A DNA stretch of 19,417 nucleotides, taken from Candidatus Zixiibacteriota bacterium (GTDB lineage Bacteria; Zixibacteria; MSB-5A5; CAIYYT01). Below, one piece after another: positions 1 to 7,100 of this stretch. Location: assembly GCA_040235515.1 (NCBI GenBank), contig JBECKX010000153.1:1-19417 (forward strand), written 5' to 3'. A model generated the notes under the pieces. The model saw only the letters and a program-made list of their open reading frames with translations, had not been told where the DNA came from and ran no database searches. The position numbers were made by a program, and so were the translations under genes. The first letter of the stretch is position 1, and each line of letters opens with the position of its first letter.

Positions 1-2
1 TG

Positions 3-983
3 CGCCTCAACCGTCTGGAGCCGCACGAGTATTATGAGTATGGACTCCATGACGGCAAGCTGAGCTGGGACGAGAAGTGCCGCTTCATGAGTCATCACCA
101 GGCGAGCAGATTCTACACTGAAGTAAACCACAACTACGAGCGAGGGGCGCTGAACAAGCTGTCGGCGCATCGGCTGTTTGAGCGAGTGGGAATTCCCACT
201 TCGCGGCTTTACGGCGTATTCGATCGCGCCTGTGGCAGGAGCGCTGACGGCAGGCCGCTGCAGACGCCGGAGCAGCTAAGACAGTTCATCGCCTCAGCTA
301 CCTTTGAGCGTTTCGTGGCAAAGCCTCTCGCCTCGCAGCGGGGATTCGGGGTAAAGGTGATTGATATTCTCGGGGAGGACCGACTCCTCGATTCCGGTGT
401 CAGCGAAATCAGCGTGGCACAGCTCTACGACGCCATGACGACTTCGCGATTTAACCTCAATCAAGCACAGGCCGACACCTATCTGTTCGAGCAGCACATC
501 AAACAACACCCCTTCTTCGACCGCTTCGCCGACAGCTGCACGCAGTGCCTGCGGATCATTACCTATATCACCCTGGATGGTGAGGTTGAAGTGTTGAATG
601 CCAACTTCAAGGTGGGGGAACAGGGAAAGGTCTATGATAACACTCGCGGTGAGGGAATTGCCGCCGGTGTGGATAGCGATGGCAGGTTGCGGACTGGGGT
701 CTTGGTGCGCGACGGCAGGAGAATTGAAGTTGCAGCGCACCCCGACAATGGAGTGAGTATCGCCGGTGAGGTGATCCCCTTTTTCTCGGAAGCGATCGAA
801 CTGGCAAAGCGTGCGCAATCAGTTGTCCCGCAGGTGCGGTCGATCGGGTGGGATGTCGCGATAACAGCCGATGGGCCGGTCATCATCGAGGGTAATGTTA
901 CCTGGTCACGCAAGAGCCAGCAGTACACGCGGGTGGGGATGATCACCGAGGCCGTGCGCAAGGAACTCGCTCAAATAGTATGA
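3..983 (+). CDS. Sugar-transfer associated ATP-grasp domain protein (5'-truncated)
   Basis: The frame is open from nt 3 (RLNRLEPHEYYEYGL...) through the ATG at 87 to TGA at 981-983, so the real start lies outside the window. ATP-grasp motifs: NKLSAHRLFERVGIPT, FVAKP..GFGV, YLFEQHIKQHP, LRIIT, HPDNG, IGWDVAITADGPVIIEGN. Confidence 0.85.
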   Translation, partial: RLNRLEPHEYYEYGLHDGKLSWDEKCRFMSHHQASRFYTEVNHNYERGALNKLSAHRLFERVGIPTSRLYGVFDRACGRSADGRPLQTPEQLRQFIASATFERFVAKPLASQRGFGVKVIDILGEDRLLDSGVSEISVAQLYDAMTTSRFNLNQAQADTYLFEQHIKQHPFFDRFADSCTQCLRIITYITLDGEVEVLNANFKVGEQGKVYDNTRGEGIAAGVDSDGRLRTGVLVRDGRRIEVAAHPDNGVSIAGEVIPFFSEAIELAKRAQSVVPQVRSIGWDVAITADGPVIIEGNVTWSRKSQQYTRVGMITEAVRKELAQIV

Positions 984-1065
984 GGTGATTAAGGGATTGG
1001 CTCGTTGGCCCACGAATGGGTCGGCGTGAAGGGTAACGAGCGACCTCGGCGCAGATAAAATAGTG

Positions 1066-1094
1066 GCGGCGGTGAACCACGCATTCACCGCCGC
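1066..1094. terminator. Likely intrinsic (possibly bidirectional) terminator between convergent genes
   Basis: Perfect 11-bp GC-rich stem GCGGCGGTGAA-ccacgca-TTCACCGCCGC. It is followed by CACTATTTTAT on the minus strand and TTCGCGTTTC on the plus strand, and lies between two convergent stops (983 and 1179). Confidence 0.65.
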
Positions 1095-1178
1095 TTCGCG
1101 TTTCATAGCAGTTGTGCTATCGCTGCATTTGTCATCTGCCGGCGGACGGCTGCACAGCCGCCTCCCGGCGCCCGGAAG

Positions 1179-4100
1179 CTACTTCATGAGCAGCATTTTC
1201 CTGGTCGCTGTGAAGTCACCTGCGCTGAGTCTATAGAAGTAGACGCCTGACGCGACGGGCAGCCCCGCCCTGTCGGTGGCATCCCACGTAACATCGACAT
1301 AGCCGATGCTGGTGCCGGTGTAGTGGCGCACCAACTGCCCGCTCACGTTGTAGATCACCAGATCCCAGTTGCTCGCCTCCGGAAGCGAGAACCTGATCGT
1401 GGTTGAAGGATTGAACGGGTTCGGGTAGTTCTGGGCTAACTCGAAAGCGGTCGGCAGGACCGACTTCTCAACCGAGGTTTCCAGCATTGCGCCGAAATAA
1501 TCTGATGCCTCAACGCTGACAATCTCAACCGGAGCGTCGAAGGTTACCAGTTGTGCTTCACCGGAAGCGACTCTGGCTCCGCTTCTATCGGAGTAGATAA
1601 CGATATTCAGCATATTGCCATCCACGTGCCACTGCATCTCGAGGTCTTGTGCGTCATCTGCGAGATATGGCGTTGGAGGCGTAGCGCCGTCGAATCTGAC
1701 CTTTAACGCAATTCCACCCAGGTCAGCGGAACTCTCAGATCTGAGCAGCGAACCGGTTTCGGTGGATTGCAGCGTCAGATCGACACTGTTGGCGAATGGC
1801 GCCAGTTTCGGGAACGGTTGGGCATCACCCACCAGGACTCTGAGCAGGTAGATCAGATCACCCACGGTCAGGGTCAAGCCATCAGCATTGACGTCACTGG
1901 CCGCGGTCTGCGCCGGAATCGAGAGCTTGAAGGCGGATATTCCGACCAGGAAGTAGTTCGTGTAAAGCACGGCATCGCCGATTTCGTGCGAGATGCCGTT
2001 CAAGTTCAAGTCGCCACGGGCATCAATCGAATCATTGTCAATGATACAGATGTTACCGTTGTGGATATCGACGCAGCGAATCGGCACGAATTTATCGCCG
2101 AGCAAACACTCGTCGGGAGCGCCGGTATTCGGGTAGCGACTTGCCTCCGGATAGTTATCGTTGTCGCGCTCATCCCAGATGATAGCGCCCTGATCGCTGT
2201 AGATCACGCGATCCACGAGCAGGGTATCACCTGAAATGGTCGAGAAGGCGTTATCACCGCAGTCGAGCCAGTAGAACGAGACCGGGTAAGTACGACCCTC
2301 AAAATTATTGTCTGAGGTCACCCGCAGACGCAGCTGACCGATTACTCCGCTGGGGGTCAACTGACTGACCGGCGGATGGTTTGCGCCGTTATTGGCGTCG
2401 GCAATAGCTGTGAGTCGAACGAGTCCGTCCGGGCAGGAGCCACTGCAATTACTGAAAGGTCCGAGCCTGTAGGTGAAGTATTCCCAGCCGTTGATATCGG
2501 CGCCGATATTGGCGCTGATGAAGCTGAAGGCGGAAACATCATACTTAATCAGAAGATCATAGCCACCGATTCCGACCGAGCCTTGATAGTTGATATCAAC
2601 GACGGCATTGGAACCGAGGTTATAGCACTGCGTCTCCTCGATCTCAACGACAATACAGGCCGAGTCGCAGTCGTCAAACGAGATGCTGTAGGCAAACTCG
2701 CTGAAGGTGCTGTCGGAGCAGTCGTTGGTAGTGAAGAATCGGAATGTGTAGGTCCGGTTCATATCGGGGAAAGCATCGAAGCAAAGCTGACCGCTTCCGC
2801 CTGCGTAGTTCAGGCTGTAGTCGGTACTGGCGTCGATCAGTTCTGCGCCGAGAGCGTTTACCTGTTCATCATCGTAACTGAAGTCGATACAAAGCCCGGA
2901 GACATCATCACCGAGGCAGAACAACTCATTCGCGTTCGCCGGTAGTTCGACACCGGGTGCGGGCTCCACGAAATCGACCGTCCAACTGACATCACCGGTG
3001 TCAGCCAGCTGACAGCTGTCTCGCACGACGACTTTCCAGTGGTACTCGCCGGACTCAGTTGGGGTGAAGCAAACCTCACCGGTTGCTTCGTTAATCGTAC
3101 CGGGTCCCGAGACCAGGTCGAATACGAGTTTTTGAATCAGTGCATCGGTAGCGTCGACGTCGAAGCACAACTGGGTCGCATCGCAGAGCACTTCGGGCTC
3201 AGGAGTCGGCACAGTGATTTGCGGCGGCTGGTTCACAGTGACGTTGACCGTATAGAGTGCGGTATCGGCCAGCCCGCAGGCATCTTTGACAATCACATTG
3301 TAGTTGAACTGACGGGTACCCGGCACACCTGAATAGATGCAGACATTCGTGCCGTGCACGACACCCATCGTGGATGTAATCACCAGACTCCCGCTTCCCG
3401 AACTGACGATATTTACCGGGACGCAGATCGAGTCGGGCTCACACAGGGTGAAATTCCCTCCACCCGCCTGGACAACCGGCGGATCGGCGAGCTCAATTGT
3501 GGCATAGGCGGTATCGAAATCGGTCTGATTGCAGCTGTCTTTAGCACGCAGGATAAAGCGATATACACCAGCGGTGTCGGGAGTGAAGCAGACGAATTCA
3601 CCGTTGTAGGTACCGCTGCCACCCACCAAGCCACACGAGGTAAGATCGCCGTCCGGATCGTCGCAGCTTGCTTCCAGGCAGACCTGGGTAGCGCCACAAA
3701 GAGCGATCGATGTATCTCTGATATTGGCGACCGGCGGGCTATTGAGATCAATCATGATGTACGCGGTATCGGCGTCAACATTACCACAGCCATCGGTAGC
3801 CGTAATGATAAACTGGTACTGGCGTGATTCAAGTGGAGTAAAACAGATCTGGCTGCCGTCGTAGGTGGCGTTGGGAGCATCGGACGCCATCGTGCAGGAT
3901 TCCAGATCGCCGTCGGGATCGCTGCACCCGGCGGGCCAGCAGATTTCCTGCGGCGCGCAGAGGGTCAGGTTCTGGTCAAGCCCCGCATCCGCCACAGGCG
4001 GATTGGTGCTGAAGATTACGGTGTAGAGGACAGTATCTCTAACCACACCACCACAGGCATCCTCGGCATAGAAACAGAACTGATAGGTCCCGGAGGTATC

Positions 4101-5444
4101 TGCTGTAAAGCAGAGCTGTCCGTTACTGATGGTACCGATGCCGCAGTCCATCATGACCGGAACCGGTGTTTCGTTGGGCGTGGTAGCGCTGACAGGAAAA
4201 CAGAGCTGTTTCGGCCCCGGCTGACAGATTGTCTCGGTCGCATCGGGAATCGTGGTGATCACCGGAGCTTTGTTCAGTTTAACCTGCACGAGCAGTGTAT
4301 CGCGCGGGCAAGGCAGACGCTCATCGGGATCGGCGGGGAAGCCGTAAGATGCGCAGCAGGAGTCGTAGGCCACGATGATAAACTGATAGACTGCCGAGTC
4401 GAGATCGGCGGGCAGGAAGCAGATTTCACCGGTAGTGGAGTCGATTCTTGCCGGCGGGCTATCATAGAGCGTGAACTTGAGTTCATCACCGTCATAGTCA
4501 AATGCCGTAGCGACATCCACGCAGATCGAATCGATTTCGCAGATAGTGGTGTCGATGAAATCGGCGTCGAGATAAAGTTCAGGATTCTCGCGGAATTGCA
4601 CATCGACGGAGAATGTATCTTCGATAGATTGTGAGTCGTCGGTTACGCGGAAGATGAACTGGTGAAGCGAATCGACCGGCCACGGCAGGAAACAGTACTG
4701 GTGGCTAATCGAGCCGACACCTGTGGCGACCTGCTGATAGGAGCCGCCAACTTTCTGCTCGAGCACCAACGTGCCGGAACCGCCGAGAGCATTGACGGTA
4801 AAGCAGATATCGGTTTCGTTGCAGAAGAGATATGAAGTTTCTCCCTCGAATGAGAGTGAGAGCGCACCGGCCTCAATAAAATAGACTTCAACGATAATGT
4901 CGTTATAGTCCTGGTCCCCACCATCGGCCAGATCTTCCCACGTGATCACATACTTGCCTGCCTCTCCGGTAGCGAAGATGCGGGCGTGCTGGAAATTGTC
5001 CCAATTAAGATTTGTCTGTGTGTACCAGGTATCGTCGTAGAGGGTCGGACCGACGTAGAAGCCGAGCGCAGCGGCTGCCGGCACAGCCATATTGACGGTT
5101 GTCCCCGCAGCGTCAAACGCGGCGAACACCTGGTTCAGTGCGCCGGGGGCGCCATCTGCATACCAGCCGCAATTGGCGTTGGAAGAAGTGCCCTTGTACT
5201 TGAGTGTAAGCTGCAGGGCGTCGGCGCCTGCATTGACGGGAATAACCGCCTGGCTCAGTTCATCGGTGGTTACATTGATTGCATATCCGAGCGAAGTCAG
5301 GACATCCTGTAAAGAGGGGGTGTCCGCCAGCGTGGTAGTGGCAAGTGAATCGCTCCAGGGATATTTTCCGCCGGCTGCCAACAGGTGGGGGCTAAGGCAA
5401 GCGAGCGCGACAGCAGCAATCAGGAGTAAGCGTATGCCTTTCAC
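1179..5444 (-). CDS. Large secreted modular protein: signal peptide, DUF4114-like domain, 8 Cys-rich Ig/cadherin-like repeats, cohesin-like domain, dockerin type I-like domain, FlgD-Ig/T9SS type A-like C-terminal domain (~1421 aa)
   Basis: Start placed at GTG 5444 because GGAG lies 7 nt upstream and it gives the signal peptide MKGIRLLLIAAVALACLSPHLLA. Motifs: DUF4114-type WEDLADGGDQDYNDIIVEV (~4884-4943); cohesin-like IGGYDLLIKYD; dockerin pair RGDLNLNG..EIGDAV / SDVNADG..TVGDLIYL (~1822-2018); C-terminus LAQNYPNPFNPSTTIRFSLP...WDATDRAGLPVASGVYFYRL...RKMLLMK. Confidence 0.88.
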   Translation of the reverse strand: MKGIRLLLIAAVALACLSPHLLAAGGKYPWSDSLATTTLADTPSLQDVLTSLGYAINVTTDELSQAVIPVNAGADALQLTLKYKGTSSNANCGWYADGAPGALNQVFAAFDAAGTTVNMAVPAAAALGFYVGPTLYDDTWYTQTNLNWDNFQHARIFATGEAGKYVITWEDLADGGDQDYNDIIVEVYFIEAGALSLSFEGETSYLFCNETDICFTVNALGGSGTLVLEQKVGGSYQQVATGVGSISHQYCFLPWPVDSLHQFIFRVTDDSQSIEDTFSVDVQFRENPELYLDADFIDTTICEIDSICVDVATAFDYDGDELKFTLYDSPPARIDSTTGEICFLPADLDSAVYQFIIVAYDSCCASYGFPADPDERLPCPRDTLLVQVKLNKAPVITTIPDATETICQPGPKQLCFPVSATTPNETPVPVMMDCGIGTISNGQLCFTADTSGTYQFCFYAEDACGGVVRDTVLYTVIFSTNPPVADAGLDQNLTLCAPQEICWPAGCSDPDGDLESCTMASDAPNATYDGSQICFTPLESRQYQFIITATDGCGNVDADTAYIMIDLNSPPVANIRDTSIALCGATQVCLEASCDDPDGDLTSCGLVGGSGTYNGEFVCFTPDTAGVYRFILRAKDSCNQTDFDTAYATIELADPPVVQAGGGNFTLCEPDSICVPVNIVSSGSGSLVITSTMGVVHGTNVCIYSGVPGTRQFNYNVIVKDACGLADTALYTVNVTVNQPPQITVPTPEPEVLCDATQLCFDVDATDALIQKLVFDLVSGPGTINEATGEVCFTPTESGEYHWKVVVRDSCQLADTGDVSWTVDFVEPAPGVELPANANELFCLGDDVSGLCIDFSYDDEQVNALGAELIDASTDYSLNYAGGSGQLCFDAFPDMNRTYTFRFFTTNDCSDSTFSEFAYSISFDDCDSACIVVEIEETQCYNLGSNAVVDINYQGSVGIGGYDLLIKYDVSAFSFISANIGADINGWEYFTYRLGPFSNCSGSCPDGLVRLTAIADANNGANHPPVSQLTPSGVIGQLRLRVTSDNNFEGRTYPVSFYWLDCGDNAFSTISGDTLLVDRVIYSDQGAIIWDERDNDNYPEASRYPNTGAPDECLLGDKFVPIRCVDIHNGNICIIDNDSIDARGDLNLNGISHEIGDAVLYTNYFLVGISAFKLSIPAQTAASDVNADGLTLTVGDLIYLLRVLVGDAQPFPKLAPFANSVDLTLQSTETGSLLRSESSADLGGIALKVRFDGATPPTPYLADDAQDLEMQWHVDGNMLNIVIYSDRSGARVASGEAQLVTFDAPVEIVSVEASDYFGAMLETSVEKSVLPTAFELAQNYPNPFNPSTTIRFSLPEASNWDLVIYNVSGQLVRHYTGTSIGYVDVTWDATDRAGLPVASGVYFYRLSAGDFTATRKMLLMK
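2660..4866 (-). repeat. Eight ~85-105 aa protein repeats with a conserved Cys pattern (approximate limits)
   Basis: Units follow (N)xPP...C-x5-8-C...(D-P-D-G-D)...C-F-x-P...Y-x-F...D-x-C...D-T, e.g. LCAPQEICW..ICFTP..TDGCG and LCGATQVCL..VCFTP..KDSCN. The first unit lacks the fourth Cys. Confidence 0.8.
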
Positions 5445-5625
5445 AACTGCTCTCCGTTCTCTCTGGGGAAGAATAGAAAATTCTGCATGTTGGGCGATCG
5501 GTGCGTGGTAAATCAACCCTTACGCAAAAAGTTTTGGCTCAGTAAGACTCTGAAAAGTAAATGATCGAGTTCCTTCAAACGAACACTGCAAAAAGATGCG
5601 AGAAGTATCAATCGCAGACGGCTCA

Positions 5626-5653
5626 AATATACCGAAAGCCCCTATTATGTCAA
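5626..5653 (-). promoter_or_regulatory. Putative sigma70 promoter for the cohesin/dockerin protein
   Basis: The minus strand reads TTGACA (5653-5648), a 16-nt spacer, then TATATT (5631-5626): a perfect -35 and a 5/6 -10, about 180 nt upstream of the GTG start. Confidence 0.6.
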
Positions 5654-5838
5654 GGCATTTCGGGATGAAACGGGTGTACCAATTCCATACACAGCAGTCA
5701 CTTAGTCGGAATCGTCTGATTCTCCGGCTGAGCGAATCCCCTTTCCCGGAGCAGCAGATTTAAGCTATTAGTTTGCTACAGCTTAGCCCATCGGCAAGCC
5801 GCCGGCAAACGGCACCTCAGCAGATTTTTTGACACAGA

Positions 5839-5864
5839 TCTAGTCGTAATCTCTAGTCGTAATC
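5839..5864. repeat. Perfect 13-bp tandem duplication overlapping the nuclease stop codon
   Basis: TCTAGTCGTAATC at 5839-5851 and again at 5852-5864. Confidence 0.9.
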
Positions 5865-7097
5865 CCCTTCGTCCACATCTTTCCGTTTCCCCTGGTAGAG
5901 CCGTCGTTCGGTCTTCAGAACGAGAAAGCGCTCGACTTCTTTACGCAGACGCGAATCGAGTTCCCCCTTCTCGTAGATTTTCACCAACCGCTTGGGATTC
6001 AATTGCGAGACCTCCTGCCACAACCCGCTCTCCTTCAGAAACGCTTCCAGTTCCTCTCGCAACGCCTGGTTCTCCTTGTCGGCGGCTGCAGGCGGTTGCA
6101 GCGATTCGGTCACCTTGACGGTAACATAATGCGTCGAGCCGTATATCCGGTCCGCCACGAATTGTTCGGCGTAGCGGTAGAGCTCTTCCTCGATCACTTT
6201 AAGCTGCATGTCGATCTGTCGTTTTTCGTTCTTCAGCTCGGAATAGCGGTCGACCAGCTCGACGCCATGCTCACGCTTGAACTCTTCCGGGGGCAGCGCA
6301 CGCACTTTCGCCAGGTGCTTCTTCGCCGGACAGATCTCGAAGTAATCACACCATTCGCACAACGCCGACTCACGATACGGAAAATCATCGTTCTCAAGGG
6401 CGTTCTCCACCTGTTGAATGACGTGGATCGTATCGATGCGGGTTTTCTCGAGGTCAGCTCGCTCTTTAGTAATCTTGACTTCTTCGTCAAAGAGCAGGTA
6501 GTGCCAGATCAACTCGACCCTTTCGGTGTCGGCCCACATTTTCTGTAAGCCGAGTTGATAGAGCGCCAGTTGTCGATCCTTTTGTGCTTCTTCGATCGTG
6601 GGAAGGCTGCGCTTGGTCTTGTAATCGCGAATCTGCCACACCCCGTCCGGGGTCTTGGAGATCCGATCCACGAACCCCTGAAACCGGTAGCTGTCGCCAT
6701 CATCGAGATTCATATAGATGCGCTTTTCGAGCGCGATTGTCTTTTCGGAATCGAATGGATGGTAGTGATCCCAATAGTCGGCGAGCGAGCGCACTCCCTG
6801 CTGGTAGTAGTCCTCTTCGGAGTACTGCTTGTTGACAATGTTCAGATCAGGAGGCATCAAGCGTTTCCAGATGTCGGCGAAATAAGCCAGATACTCATCC
6901 CTCGTCCACATCTTCCCCATCATGATGTTTTTGTAGTGCTGTTCGAGTGTCTCATGGACACGAGTACCGAGAAACGCCTCGACAGATTCCAGTTTCGGGA
7001 CATCGACCCTTTCGACGTACTGGTACTTGAATCTCAGCGGGCAATTGCTGAAGGTTTCCAGGCGCGAATGTGAGTAGACCATGCTTCCTTTTGACAT
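5853..7097 (-). CDS. PD-(D/E)XK nuclease, RecB/Cas4-like (PDDEXK_1 type) with a probable 4Fe-4S cysteine staple and a C-terminal extension
   Basis: N-terminal YSHSRLETFSNCPLRFKYQY, GTRVHETLE, LEKRI, motif II/III GFVDRI...IRDYKT, QLALY, and C-terminal CEWCDYFEICP (1+3 Cys arrangement). About 135 further residues follow. Alternative start at ATG 7082. Confidence 0.88.
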   Translation of the reverse strand: MSKGSMVYSHSRLETFSNCPLRFKYQYVERVDVPKLESVEAFLGTRVHETLEQHYKNIMMGKMWTRDEYLAYFADIWKRLMPPDLNIVNKQYSEEDYYQQGVRSLADYWDHYHPFDSEKTIALEKRIYMNLDDGDSYRFQGFVDRISKTPDGVWQIRDYKTKRSLPTIEEAQKDRQLALYQLGLQKMWADTERVELIWHYLLFDEEVKITKERADLEKTRIDTIHVIQQVENALENDDFPYRESALCEWCDYFEICPAKKHLAKVRALPPEEFKREHGVELVDRYSELKNEKRQIDMQLKVIEEELYRYAEQFVADRIYGSTHYVTVKVTESLQPPAAADKENQALREELEAFLKESGLWQEVSQLNPKRLVKIYEKGELDSRLRKEVERFLVLKTERRLYQGKRKDVDEGDYD

Positions 7098-7100
7098 AAG

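Noticed and set aside
1138..1169. Second GC-rich hairpin (GCCGG..CGGCT-gcac-AGCCG..CCGGC) just after the large gene's stop
   Set aside because: Interrupted stem, no U-tract and a single copy in the window, so it cannot be supported as a terminator or REP element.
5397..5411. Lipoprotein lipobox at VALAC
   Set aside because: A-L-A-C fits [LVI][ASTVI][GAS]C poorly. SPI cleavage after LLA and the presence of a CTD fit better.
5445..5516. ORF-track TTG start at 5516
   Set aside because: It adds 24 residues before the signal peptide. GTG 5444 has a GGAG ribosome-binding site and gives a canonical N-terminus.
5853..7097. CRISPR-Cas locus suggested by the Cas4-like gene
   Set aside because: No repeat-spacer array and no cas1/cas2 or effector genes in the window. 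The 8945-8998 repeat has only 2 copies separated by 6 nt.
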